Source: a virus
Strand: one strand, 5' to 3'
Length of the DNA stretch: 64,000 bases
IMG/VR virus record: IMGVR_UViG_3300028008_001363
Span: 35,857 to 99,856 of that record
The position numbers and the translations under genes are program-made. Positions within the stretch are counted from its first letter, which is position 1; every line of letters begins with the position of its first letter. This document shows, piece after piece, positions 35,830-45,343 of this stretch. The notes below the pieces were generated by a model. It was not told the DNA's origin and did no database searches. It saw only the letters and a program-made list of their open reading frames with translations.

Positions 35830-36425
35830 ATATTCTCAATAATATGACAGTACATACTCAATCGTTGTTCGTCAGGACCTATACACATATCTGGGTTTCC
35901 ATGTAATTGTGTTTTGTTATTAATCATCATATATCCTGTGTTTTGAATACAATCAAATTGATGTCTAACTTTTGGTATTGGGCCCTCACCATCTTTGTAG
36001 TAGTATTTTTGAAGTGTGTCTTTTTCGTATATTTCACTTTCATCTACATCAAAAAATATAGTCGGAGAACTATCATTATTTGTTAGATAGAGTTGCATAA
36101 CCTTATCAACTTTTGAATTATCGATATGTCTTGTTATGGAAAATCCCTCTAAGTCTAACCAAAACGCCGGCCATATTGATTCTATTTTCATTTGTAGTAC
36201 TTCTTCTAAAATACTTTTTTTAGAATTAATATGTTTTTCTATACGTTCAAAAACACTATGGGGTTCAACTATAATACATCTTCTATTCTTTTGTTCCTGG
36301 GTTTTTTGAGGTTCCCATGGCATATCCATTAGATTTAATTGTGAAAGTTCATGTATTAATTCTTCTGATACTGCATCTTTTATTGCAAACAGATTATTTA
36401 AATCATCTATTGGTCTTATATTCAT
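35820..36425 (-). CDS. 2OG-Fe(II) oxygenase-like protein
   Basis: FWLDLEGFSITRHIDN (HxD), QLYL, LHG, RLS; paralog of 62714-63334. Confidence 0.75.
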   Translation of the reverse strand: MNIRPIDDLNNLFAIKDAVSEELIHELSQLNLMDMPWEPQKTQEQKNRRCIIVEPHSVFERIEKHINSKKSILEEVLQMKIESIWPAFWLDLEGFSITRHIDNSKVDKVMQLYLTNNDSSPTIFFDVDESEIYEKDTLQKYYYKDGEGPIPKVRHQFDCIQNTGYMMINNKTQLHGNPDMCIGPDEQRLSMYCHIIENIWC

Positions 36426-36458
36426 TTGTCTTTCCTTTCATAATGAATAATTTAATAG

Positions 36459-36614
36459 TCACTTCTTAATCTTCTGTTCTGTATATTTACAATGCTTTCG
36501 TATATACGGGTCATACATATTCAACGTCATCTTTTCTGGATGTAGTCTTTTATTTTTATGTCGTGTATAAAAATGTGCTGACTCTGTTGATTGCATTCTT
36601 ATTTTTTCTCGCAT
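36459..36614 (-). CDS. rpmG: 50S ribosomal protein bL33 (51 aa; not in ORF track)
   Basis: Hand translation [51 protein letters not shown] aligns with L33 (REKI..S...HFYT..KNKR..PEK.....DP..R.H..Y.E.KIK); AAGGA RBS. Confidence 0.88.
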   Translation of the reverse strand: MREKIRMQSTESAHFYTRHKNKRLHPEKMTLNMYDPYIRKHCKYTEQKIKK

Positions 36615-36623
36615 AGTTTCCTT

Positions 36624-36842
36624 CTATTTTTTACAGTTACACGAACCACTTTTCGCACCTACATAACCAGCAACAATACCAATTATACCAGTGATACTCA
36701 TCTGGAGTAGTTCTATAATATTCGAGTCTAACTCACCGCCATTTTCTCTAGCCATCATAAACTCATCTACAACAATAAGTCCTAGAATACCCATCAAACT
36801 TATTGCCATTACTAGAACAATAATTCCTTTAATATTTTCCAT
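36624..36842 (-). CDS. Small two-TM membrane protein
   Basis: Two hydrophobic helices; start reassigned to MENIKG (36842). Confidence 0.6.
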   Translation of the reverse strand: MENIKGIIVLVMAISLMGILGLIVVDEFMMARENGGELDSNIIELLQMSITGIIGIVAGYVGAKSGSCNCKK

Positions 36843-36843
36843 T

Positions 36844-36963
36844 TTATCTCCTACGAATAGCATCATGGAATTTAACCATCTTTTCCAATGCTTCTACTCG
36901 TTCAGTTAATCGCCCAATTTCCTCTAACAGTTCTTTGACTGTCTTCTCTAATTCATCTGCCAT
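36844..36963 (-). CDS. 39-aa coiled-coil peptide (not in ORF track)
   Basis: MADELEKTVKELLEEIGRLTERVEALEKMVKFHDAIRRR fills the gap exactly between neighbours. Confidence 0.55.
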   Translation of the reverse strand: MADELEKTVKELLEEIGRLTERVEALEKMVKFHDAIRRR

Positions 36964-36966
36964 ATA

Positions 36967-37188
36967 CTATTTTTTAGTTGTTAATTTTTTCTTTACAGTC
37001 TTTGCCTTCTTAGTAGCCTTTGGTTGCACCTCCTTAATAGGCTTCTTAGTAATTGCTTTCTCTGTACTCTTATTTAGTTTCTTTCCTTTACCAGATAGAT
37101 ATGCTGGTGCTTTATTTTCACCTCTGTATGTTGCAGGGTCTACTCCTTTTCCAAAGAATAGTTCTGTCAATGAAGGTAGTTTTAACAT
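36967..37188 (-). CDS. Lys-rich small protein
   Basis: Start MLKLPS (37188) after AGGAG; histone-H1-like K/T/A tail. Confidence 0.6.
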   Translation of the reverse strand: MLKLPSLTELFFGKGVDPATYRGENKAPAYLSGKGKKLNKSTEKAITKKPIKEVQPKATKKAKTVKKKLTTKK

Positions 37189-37189
37189 G

Positions 37190-38368
37190 TTACTTCTCCT
37201 TTTTAAATGATTTATCACCTGGATATATGGGTACCATTGCTCCAGGTTTACGTTTTGGTATCTTACTGTCTGCACTACTTACACAACTTTCACTAATACA
37301 AACTCTTGGTTTATCAAATAGTTTAAAGCCACTCTCTACATACCCTAATGGTTCGTCCGCACAACTGTATGAACGTTTTATACTGCCATCTGGTTCTCTA
37401 ATAATGATACCTTTAAACCCACTTGTACATTCCCAGCCCTTAAACTTATTAAAGTTAAAAGCATTGAAACGTTCTGCTTGGTCCATGTACCATTTCTTTC
37501 CTTTACTGTCTTGGAATTCTACTTGCATTTGGTGTGGCACTGATTTGTCATCACCATTTATCGCATCCATTCTCCACATACTACCTGATTTAGGTTTTGG
37601 TCTTACTACTTTTATGCCAGTTTCTTCTTGTAGTTTAGATGTGAAGTCTCTTTGTGGCATGCCTTTACGCATTGTTTTTAATTGTTCGTCTGTGTAACCA
37701 GATACTACGAAAGATGCAGTTGGGTCACTCTGAGGTTTTAATGTAACATTTATACCACGATTGTGAAAGTATAATGCTCTTTCCCAGTCTCGGTCAAACC
37801 ATTCAGGAACAAGAACCATGTTGATTGTTACGTGTACATCATGTTCCATACAGTACAATAACTTATCAGCAAACTCTTCTTCTTTCGCATACTCACTATG
37901 GAATGATGCTGTGATACTTGCTCGGTGCATTTTTGCAACTGTTTTGCAATAGGTTTCATGCCACTTCATATTACGTGACATGTTAGTTGTCATATGAACA
38001 GAAGTATAATTAGTATTATCCACATCTCCAGCGAGGTGATTGAGGATGTCCAAATAGCCAGGATGAAAAGTAGGTTCACCACCAGATAAAGAAAAGTGAA
38101 AAGAGTTAAATCCATTTTGTCTTGCTTGCCTTTTTATTTCGTCTATCGTTGCTAGACATAGTTCAGTTGGTCTGTGGTCTTTACGGTCACTTCTAGCATA
38201 CGGCCAACAGTACGAACACTTGTAGTTGCAGAAACGTCCTAATAACCAACTTACTGAAAATAAATCTCTATATAAAAGGGTTCGTTGTCCTACACTAACG
38301 AGGTCATCGAATGGTATTTCTGTGAAGTCATATTGTGACCAATATAATTCGTCTGTTTTATCACTCAT
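37190..38368 (-). CDS. Radical SAM protein with C-terminal Cys domain
   Basis: WLLGRFCNYKCSYC, SGGEPT, FKGWECTSG...SC...CISESC. Confidence 0.92.
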   Translation of the reverse strand: MSDKTDELYWSQYDFTEIPFDDLVSVGQRTLLYRDLFSVSWLLGRFCNYKCSYCWPYARSDRKDHRPTELCLATIDEIKRQARQNGFNSFHFSLSGGEPTFHPGYLDILNHLAGDVDNTNYTSVHMTTNMSRNMKWHETYCKTVAKMHRASITASFHSEYAKEEEFADKLLYCMEHDVHVTINMVLVPEWFDRDWERALYFHNRGINVTLKPQSDPTASFVVSGYTDEQLKTMRKGMPQRDFTSKLQEETGIKVVRPKPKSGSMWRMDAINGDDKSVPHQMQVEFQDSKGKKWYMDQAERFNAFNFNKFKGWECTSGFKGIIIREPDGSIKRSYSCADEPLGYVESGFKLFDKPRVCISESCVSSADSKIPKRKPGAMVPIYPGDKSFKKEK

Positions 38369-39344
38369 GTATGAAGTCTCTCCAATTAGTTCCGTGTATT
38401 TTGTCCATTATTTCACTTTGTTCTATCAACTGTTCTCTTAGTAATTTATCTTCCATCGCATCTGGCGACATAAACGCAGGTCGTATAACTGGTGTCGATG
38501 AGAAACAATCAATGTTATTATCATTGCACCAACCTAATATTTCATGCATATGCTTGTGATTAAAAACCATAGGCAAAACTGATACTGTCACATAAGAATT
38601 ACTTGGTTTTAATTTATTGAACTTCACAAGGTTTTCACTCGTTTGTTTCCAACTTGAACCTGGTCGTATATACTCATAGCGTTTGCCTATTGCTTCAATA
38701 CTCACATTTATCTGTATTCTTCTAAACTTCTCAAACAAATGATTCCAGTCTGTCATATCATAACTTCCATTTGTTATCAATTGTACTTCAATATTAGAAG
38801 AAACTCCTTCGTCTATTAGTCTTTGTATAATCTTTTTTACTTGTGGTATCATAAATGGTTCACCACCTGTAAACTTTATAATCTTTGCATCTAACATAAG
38901 ATGACTAAACTCTAATGCTTTTTTTGTCCAACGTGTCTTTGGTTCTTCGTGTCTTGCTTCGTATCCGTACCAATTATATTCTTTATTATCTCTTATGAGA
39001 TTTGCCCATTTACTACTACTTCCTGGATGACACATTCGACAAGCAAAGTTACAAGTATTGTTTATCTTTAAATCCCAATGCTTAATACCAGTTTCACCTT
39101 TGAACTGGTCATTGTATGTTGTTCGTAAACTTCTACCTGTTAGTTCTTCACTTAGTTTACACTCAGCACATCCATCTAGCCATTCTGTCTCACTTTGCTT
39201 ACCCCATTCAGCATGTCTTGTTTGCCAATCATCATCAAAATATAATAGTTCTTCATCGGGTTTTGACAACCATGCACAACAGGGTCTTATAGTAGACGTG
39301 GTATCTATTACTACACCATGTTTAAATATTGCACATTCTGGCAT
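38361..39344 (-). CDS. Radical SAM protein, N-terminal twitch type
   Basis: RPCC, CAEC, CNFACRMC, TGGEPF. Confidence 0.92.
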   Translation of the reverse strand: MPECAIFKHGVVIDTTSTIRPCCAWLSKPDEELLYFDDDWQTRHAEWGKQSETEWLDGCAECKLSEELTGRSLRTTYNDQFKGETGIKHWDLKINNTCNFACRMCHPGSSSKWANLIRDNKEYNWYGYEARHEEPKTRWTKKALEFSHLMLDAKIIKFTGGEPFMIPQVKKIIQRLIDEGVSSNIEVQLITNGSYDMTDWNHLFEKFRRIQINVSIEAIGKRYEYIRPGSSWKQTSENLVKFNKLKPSNSYVTVSVLPMVFNHKHMHEILGWCNDNNIDCFSSTPVIRPAFMSPDAMEDKLLREQLIEQSEIMDKIHGTNWRDFIHE

Positions 39345-39353
39345 TACTGTTTC

Positions 39354-39710
39354 CTACTTATGGCTCATCCCACATGGCTCATCAAATCTAACATTGAAGA
39401 AACGTTGCTTGGTTCTATAAGCCTTCTCAACTATTTCATAATCTATTCCAACTGTATTTAACACAGTTTTAATATCTTCTCTGTCTTCCTCTGCCATTTC
39501 TTCACGTACATTATCTCTAATGTCTTGTTCTACCATATCATATATACTACTAAAACACCACTCACAAAATGTAACTGGCATCACACCAAAGAGTCCTTGA
39601 ATTCCACCACACGATTCATCATATTCATCGTTACAAATAGAACATTTTGGTTTTGGTTTAGATGTTTGCAATTCACGTATGTAGTCATTCGCTGTTCTTT
39701 TTTTCATCAT
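39354..39710 (-). CDS. Zinc-finger hypothetical protein
   Basis: CSIC...FCEWC. Confidence 0.6.
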   Translation of the reverse strand: MMKKRTANDYIRELQTSKPKPKCSICNDEYDESCGGIQGLFGVMPVTFCEWCFSSIYDMVEQDIRDNVREEMAEEDREDIKTVLNTVGIDYEIVEKAYRTKQRFFNVRFDEPCGMSHK

Positions 39711-39843
39711 CCTTCCTATTCTTTAAAACAATATGTATATACCATTTCATTAACCATTCAACTTTCCTAGGGTATTGGTCTGGATTAGGTATCTTATCTT
39801 CTCCAAAGTAATCAATAAATCCTTGTATATCTTCATCACTCAT
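39685..39843 (-). CDS. 52-aa hypothetical protein (not in ORF track)
   Basis: MSDEDIQGFIDYFGEDKIPNPDQYPRKVEWLMKWYIHIVLKNRKDDEKKNSE; ATGA overlap with the upstream stop. Confidence 0.6.
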   Translation of the reverse strand: MSDEDIQGFIDYFGEDKIPNPDQYPRKVEWLMKWYIHIVLKNRKDDEKKNSE

Positions 39844-40163
39844 AATGGAATATCCCTATTCTCTTTAGCACAGTGTGATTGACAAACTTCTAGTTTACTC
39901 ATATTGTTTTCAATCCACTCAAAGATTGGACCTTCTATAATCTCTTCCATAGAATAATGATGTATGTTATGATACTTCTTATCTATACCAGATTCATTCC
40001 AAAGTCCAGTCATTCTTCTTGTAATGCCAAACCAACAACAAGGCAGTACATATCCTTTTGATGTGATATAAAGATTGCCCATTGTTTTATGAAATGTTCC
40101 TTGTCCATTTCCAACAGCCGCTTTACACTTTGGTTGTATCTCAAAAGTTTTGTTCCAAGTCAT
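39840..40163 (-). CDS. Stand-alone SPASM/twitch Fe-S domain
   Basis: PKC...LYITSKGYVLPCCW...VCQSHC; matches the C-terminus of 50998-52101. Confidence 0.8.
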   Translation of the reverse strand: MTWNKTFEIQPKCKAAVGNGQGTFHKTMGNLYITSKGYVLPCCWFGITRRMTGLWNESGIDKKYHNIHHYSMEEIIEGPIFEWIENNMSKLEVCQSHCAKENRDIPL

Positions 40164-40876
40164 ACTAAGCCCTCGATTCCTACATAACCTTCTGGTAATA
40201 CAATCTCATCTATTTCATTTGCAGGGTCTGTGTTTCTAAAAGACTTAATCACCACAAATCTATCAAAGTTCTCATCTTCAGATAGTTTCTTAATGTCACT
40301 TATCTGATGCTGATTCCATTTGAATACAATAAACTGCCACATCGCTTTGCCACCTGAAGAGATATATGCTCTCCAGTTCTTTTGTAAAGTATTCCAATCA
40401 ACATTCTTTCTATAAAGATGATTGGTTTCTTCATCTCCGTCTATTCCGAATACAACTACTAAACGGTTGTTTAATTCTTTAGATAATTCTCCTAACTCAC
40501 TCCAGAAACTTTCATTTCTTGACCCACCATTCACGTGAACCCAAATGTCTTTTTCTTTATTGTCCAGGTGATAGAAATACTTTATGATTTCTATTACATC
40601 TGGATTTATTACTGGTTCATCTAAGTTGCCACACAAGACTACTTCGTCTAAGTGTGACCATCTATCAGGCAGAAATGTCTTCTTTATATCTGCTACTGAT
40701 AGATAGGTATTATTCAGTTCAACATCGTAATCTAAAGTAAACGTATCTCGTTCTTCAGTCTTTTCATTCTGAAGTTTAACAAGATAACTTCGTTCACACT
40801 GTGGACAAAAGGCATTACAATAGTTTGTTATTTCTAACTGTAAACGTCCTATATTGCCTTCGGTTGCCCACAACAT
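40160..40876 (-). CDS. Radical SAM core domain lacking its C-terminal Cys domain
   Basis: EITNYCNAFCPQC, CGNLDEP, FGIDG, WQFIVFKWNQHQ. Confidence 0.88.
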   Translation of the reverse strand: MLWATEGNIGRLQLEITNYCNAFCPQCERSYLVKLQNEKTEERDTFTLDYDVELNNTYLSVADIKKTFLPDRWSHLDEVVLCGNLDEPVINPDVIEIIKYFYHLDNKEKDIWVHVNGGSRNESFWSELGELSKELNNRLVVVFGIDGDEETNHLYRKNVDWNTLQKNWRAYISSGGKAMWQFIVFKWNQHQISDIKKLSEDENFDRFVVIKSFRNTDPANEIDEIVLPEGYVGIEGLV

Positions 40877-40879
40877 TTA

Positions 40880-41683
40880 TCAATCAATGTCCAGTTCTGG
40901 CCAAGTGGCTAATGATTTTTCTGCTGAATAGTTGAATATCTCTGCGGTTGCCCATTCTTTTTCAATACACCACCAACACCCTTTACATTCTTTTGTAAAG
41001 TTCTCTGTCTCTTCAATCCAACCTTCACAAGACCTAGTCAATGCACCAAGAGAAGCAAGTAGTCCATACTTCTTATAGAATGCTAGTACAATTCTTTTGT
41101 CTGAATGAATGAACGGTAGATATTCAGTATGGTAATCGCATCTGCATTCACTTCTTTCATCAATCCACCATTGGCGATTGTCCCAATCTCTACGTTCTGC
41201 TCTACGCTTCCATCTCTTTCTCCAGAGTGGTGCGCCAATTTCTTCAGGTGGGTTAACAGTTACACCATTAAATAATGCAGTAATGTTATGCTTGGCAACC
41301 ATGTCCCATGACAATCTAGTTCCATTATCAATGTAATCTTTTGCTGTAGTCATTCTAACCATATGCTCACCAAACTTTACATTAGGGAAAGCATTCATTA
41401 CAAACTCACGTGCTTTTGCGGCATAGATATGTTGCCATGGCTTTTCTTCGTGGCAACAAGACCATACATAGATTGTAATATCTAGGTCATTCTCATTAAT
41501 ATGGTGTGCTAATAACCACAACAATATTGATGAATCCATGCCACCTGACATTCCAATACCAATATTCTTATGAAAACCCCAATCTTTCGATTCGAAAGGT
41601 AATGTGATTTTGTACTCTTCGGGATGTGCTTCTTCCGCATTGTTTCCCCGTCTGTAAACAATGGCTCTGTCTTCAATAATCAT
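40880..41683 (-). CDS. QueC-like PP-loop ATP pyrophosphatase (paralog 1)
   Basis: MSGGMDSS, PF..SDK, TRSCE, CKGCWWC. Confidence 0.8.
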   Translation of the reverse strand: MIIEDRAIVYRRGNNAEEAHPEEYKITLPFESKDWGFHKNIGIGMSGGMDSSILLWLLAHHINENDLDITIYVWSCCHEEKPWQHIYAAKAREFVMNAFPNVKFGEHMVRMTTAKDYIDNGTRLSWDMVAKHNITALFNGVTVNPPEEIGAPLWRKRWKRRAERRDWDNRQWWIDERSECRCDYHTEYLPFIHSDKRIVLAFYKKYGLLASLGALTRSCEGWIEETENFTKECKGCWWCIEKEWATAEIFNYSAEKSLATWPELDID

Positions 41684-42892
41684 TTAATATATTCCTCGTT
41701 TTGTTAGTTTTACATTTAAGTTGGAGCACCTCGTTGTGCATACCTTTAGTTTTGGATTGTTTTCATCGTCATAACCATTAGAGAAACTTTCCTCTAAATC
41801 TTTTGTAAAGAAGTCATGGCTTATTATATCACGGAATGAATGAGAATGCAAGTTATTCCAGCCCTCATTGTACTTTTTAGTGAATCTTAACCAATTTTCT
41901 CTACCACCAGCATCATATTGTGTCTTGTATTGATAGTTAGAGTTCATCCAACAACATCTCCATACAGAACCATCATGTGAAATCTGGTATCTATTATTCG
42001 TACCCCATAGACAAGTGATACCTGTTTGTTCTCTTGCTATCTCTAGGTTCGCTTCGGCACTAAGTTTAGTATCAACTTTTATATCTTTGATAACACTTCT
42101 TGCTTTCTTCAGATTCTTTTCAACTAAATCATCACTGATATTCATCAAGTCTTCGTCTTCTTCTTTCATCTTATCAAGTTCATTCAACTTCTCACTCAAA
42201 GCAATCTTAACTGCCTTTTGTTCTACACGTTGAATTCTATTTCTTTGAAATTTGTCAAATCCATGTTCTGCCGCCAGCATCTTTGCTGTTTCCACAAGTT
42301 CTTCATTGAAATCGAATGGAATCATTTTCCATACTGCACAACCACCGCCACTGATAAATGCTTCTGCATTTTTAATTATCTTATCAAAGTCAGTGCCAAT
42401 TCTGTACATATTTTGTGTTTCATTATCTGTTCCATCTAAGTCAAACATTACGTGATGTCTTCCTGGTAGATGTTCGTGTAGTATTTCACCTAGTTTCTTC
42501 CAAAAGGCTGGTGACTTGTATGAACCATTTGTTGAAATAGTCATATCATGTAATCCATTAAAATTAGCATGTAAGTTACCATTTCCATCACCAACATAGT
42601 CATCAGTCGGAATATCGCCTTTTGTTGTTTTGGCCGCATACTCTACCAGTTCTAAGAAGTCAGGATGAAAGGGACTATCACCAAAACTTCCATCGTAAGT
42701 TAGATACTTAACTTCATCTTTTATCGAATCAATAAGTTGATGATGAATATCTACTGGCAAGTTCCAGTTCTTTGGTGGTGCTGAAACTTCGTCTGTATCA
42801 GGATTAAATACTTTATGTCTGATACAACCAGGACACTTTGCTTGACAGTTAGAGGTAACCTCTATCGTTATTTCCATATTCCTTCTATTCAT
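41684..42892 (-). CDS. Radical SAM / SPASM protein
   Basis: EVTSNCQAKCPGC, GSFGDS, STNGS, C..VWRCCW..CTTRC; the true start may be MEITIE at 42877. Confidence 0.9.
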   Translation of the reverse strand: MNRRNMEITIEVTSNCQAKCPGCIRHKVFNPDTDEVSAPPKNWNLPVDIHHQLIDSIKDEVKYLTYDGSFGDSPFHPDFLELVEYAAKTTKGDIPTDDYVGDGNGNLHANFNGLHDMTISTNGSYKSPAFWKKLGEILHEHLPGRHHVMFDLDGTDNETQNMYRIGTDFDKIIKNAEAFISGGGCAVWKMIPFDFNEELVETAKMLAAEHGFDKFQRNRIQRVEQKAVKIALSEKLNELDKMKEEDEDLMNISDDLVEKNLKKARSVIKDIKVDTKLSAEANLEIAREQTGITCLWGTNNRYQISHDGSVWRCCWMNSNYQYKTQYDAGGRENWLRFTKKYNEGWNNLHSHSFRDIISHDFFTKDLEESFSNGYDDENNPKLKVCTTRCSNLNVKLTKRGIY

Positions 42893-44054
42893 TTATATAA
42901 TCCCATACTTTAGGTGCTAATGTCTTACATGACACATCATATAATTCATCTTGTAATCGAACCAGTTCTTTAAACTTTGGCTCTTCTAATGTTCTATTGC
43001 CTTTTAATCTTTTGGCAAACTCTGCTGTAAAATCATTTACAACTAATTCTTCTAGTATCTTATCTTTCACATCTTCTTCCAAGTTAACAATGTCCATAGC
43101 CTGTGGCCAATGCACAAATGTAGTTCTTATATTTACTTTTTTTGTAGGTATCAACTTCTTAATGTCTAAGAAGTCGTTATATATTTCATTCATATAGAAC
43201 GCATGGTATGCCGATGTAGTACAAACAAATAAGAAGTTATGAACTAGTGGTGCAACTTCAACAATGTTCTTCAGCACAGTCTGATAGTCGCCATCTGTCC
43301 TAAAGTAGTTAAATAAGTCTCCTGTGCCGTCTAATGATACAGTTACACTAACTCTTTTGAAGTGTGGCCACAATGTTTTAACTGTCCACCCTTTGTACTC
43401 AAGTATACTCATATTACTATTGTAAACAAGAGATATCTTTTTTGTATCAATTCTTGGGTCATCAATCATTCGTTGTAATGTCTTATACATATCTCTAGTA
43501 TAGAATGGTTCACCGCCAGAGAACTCAATATTCTCTACAGTTGGCAATACATTATCAAACAAATCATCCATCACTCTGTCATCTGGAATATCTATTTTAT
43601 TTGTAGGTGGTGATATGTGACTGAAGTTAAAATCTTTCTTTAACTTTAATTCTATTGTAGGATTATCTTTGCCAGTCTGTTCAAACCTAGAGTTCGATGA
43701 CGTGTCACAATGCCTACATTTATAGTTACATGCTCGTGTCATCTTTAACTGCAAGTCTTTTATATGAATAGTATCTGACTCATAATCTGGGTCAGTATGT
43801 ATTGTATTCTCTAGTGACCTAGTTCTGTATGAAGATAGTCCTGACTCCTCTTGTATCTGGCAATCAATACATCCAGCAGGCCACTCATCGTTACGCAACT
43901 GCTGTCTAACTTTAACAAAGTCGGCGTTGTTAATCACTTGTGATGGCAGTTTATCTATATCAGATTCTACAAAATCATTTCTTTTGAATCTGAAACAAGG
44001 AGCAAATCCACCAGACTTCAAATCTAAATGCGACCATGCGTACTTACATTTCAT
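42885..44054 (-). CDS. Radical SAM protein, N-terminal twitch type
   Basis: CKYAW, APC, CIDC, CNYKCRHC, SGGEPF. Confidence 0.92.
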   Translation of the reverse strand: MKCKYAWSHLDLKSGGFAPCFRFKRNDFVESDIDKLPSQVINNADFVKVRQQLRNDEWPAGCIDCQIQEESGLSSYRTRSLENTIHTDPDYESDTIHIKDLQLKMTRACNYKCRHCDTSSNSRFEQTGKDNPTIELKLKKDFNFSHISPPTNKIDIPDDRVMDDLFDNVLPTVENIEFSGGEPFYTRDMYKTLQRMIDDPRIDTKKISLVYNSNMSILEYKGWTVKTLWPHFKRVSVTVSLDGTGDLFNYFRTDGDYQTVLKNIVEVAPLVHNFLFVCTTSAYHAFYMNEIYNDFLDIKKLIPTKKVNIRTTFVHWPQAMDIVNLEEDVKDKILEELVVNDFTAEFAKRLKGNRTLEEPKFKELVRLQDELYDVSCKTLAPKVWDYINE

Positions 44055-45343
44055 CGGAGTTCTCCTGCTTCGTGTCTCTGTTGTATATATTTAAGTGAGA
44101 AACCTGGTTCTTTCATCATCTTATCTACTTCGGCATATCCCTCTAATTCAGTACATAATTTATAAAGAATATCTTTTTCTTTCAATGCTTGTACTAAATC
44201 AGGATTATAATCTCCTATATTAGAATCATAATATTCTGTATCTAATAGATGAGTTTTCTTCAAAAATAGATACCACGCATATTCTTTTTCTTCTGTGGGT
44301 TTTCTATTTCTTTCTAATATCTTCTTTGCTCTATCAATTCTTACTTGAGCGGCTGGTTCACGTTCTTTACTATCCCACTCATCTAATATCCATTGTTCAT
44401 ACCAATCTGGTCCAAAGTGTGGACAATATTCTCCTGTCTCTACCATCTTAAACGAACATGACCACGTAGGATGATTCTTAGCAAAATAGTCCATATCATC
44501 TGCAAAGCCATTTAAGTTTAACGTGCTGTAGGTAGAATGTATGTGACCTCTTTCTATGTTCTTTAATTGTGATAGATATTCTTCATAGATTTCTATTGAT
44601 TCTTCCCAACCTGGCGAACCCCATCGTTGATATTCATTGTAAGCATTACAACCATCTATTGAACCTGTCAGTATGATTTTTCTGAAACGATTAAGTTTCT
44701 CAACCATTACATCATCTAATCTCTTTGTTGTGTTTGTGATTATTTCTAGTAAAACATTTTCTACTTTACATTTCTCAATCAACCAATCAATAAGTTTTGG
44801 AAAGTTTGGTGAGAAGAAAGGTTCTCCACCTAGTATCTTAATCTTCTCCAGATGTTGCCAATCTACGTTTAATTCTTTTAGATACTCAATTCTTTTCTTT
44901 GGTATTTTAGTTGGCTGTCTGCCTCTCATACCTTTTTCGTTTAAAAGAAAGTCATCTCTATAGTATAACTGACTTGAGAATAAAGAGTCACACATTTTAC
45001 ATTGCAGGTTACAAAGATTATCTAAACTCAACTCTATTGAACGTAATCTATCAAAGTCTTCAGTTAGAGTTACATTTTCTAACTTGAAGTGTACGTTGTT
45101 GGCAGCCCATCGCATCGACTCATTGCCTTCTGCGTAACATAAAGAACATTCTTTAGTCTTCACACCATTTAACATATTCTTTCTTAGCCAAAGATACTTG
45201 TCATTAAATGGTTTTGTTGCGTCTTCTTCTATGTGGTCTTCATCGTTTCCTACTGTAAACCTACAACATGGTCGGGCAACATTCTTCATAGAAACTGCCA
45301 TATGATTCCATGCTAACATACATACTACGCCGTTATCTTTCAT
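44051..45343 (-). CDS. Radical SAM protein, N-terminal twitch type
   Basis: CMLAW, RPCC, CSLC, CNLQCKMC, LGGEPF. Confidence 0.92.
   Translation of the reverse strand: MKDNGVVCMLAWNHMAVSMKNVARPCCRFTVGNDEDHIEEDATKPFNDKYLWLRKNMLNGVKTKECSLCYAEGNESMRWAANNVHFKLENVTLTEDFDRLRSIELSLDNLCNLQCKMCDSLFSSQLYYRDDFLLNEKGMRGRQPTKIPKKRIEYLKELNVDWQHLEKIKILGGEPFFSPNFPKLIDWLIEKCKVENVLLEIITNTTKRLDDVMVEKLNRFRKIILTGSIDGCNAYNEYQRWGSPGWEESIEIYEEYLSQLKNIERGHIHSTYSTLNLNGFADDMDYFAKNHPTWSCSFKMVETGEYCPHFGPDWYEQWILDEWDSKEREPAAQVRIDRAKKILERNRKPTEEKEYAWYLFLKKTHLLDTEYYDSNIGDYNPDLVQALKEKDILYKLCTELEGYAEVDKMMKEPGFSLKYIQQRHEAGELR

Noticed and set aside
39730-39765. Possible minus-strand sigma70 promoter (TTGAAT...)
   Set aside because: Spacing to a -10 box is poor, and the segment lies inside the 52-aa ORF 39685-39843.
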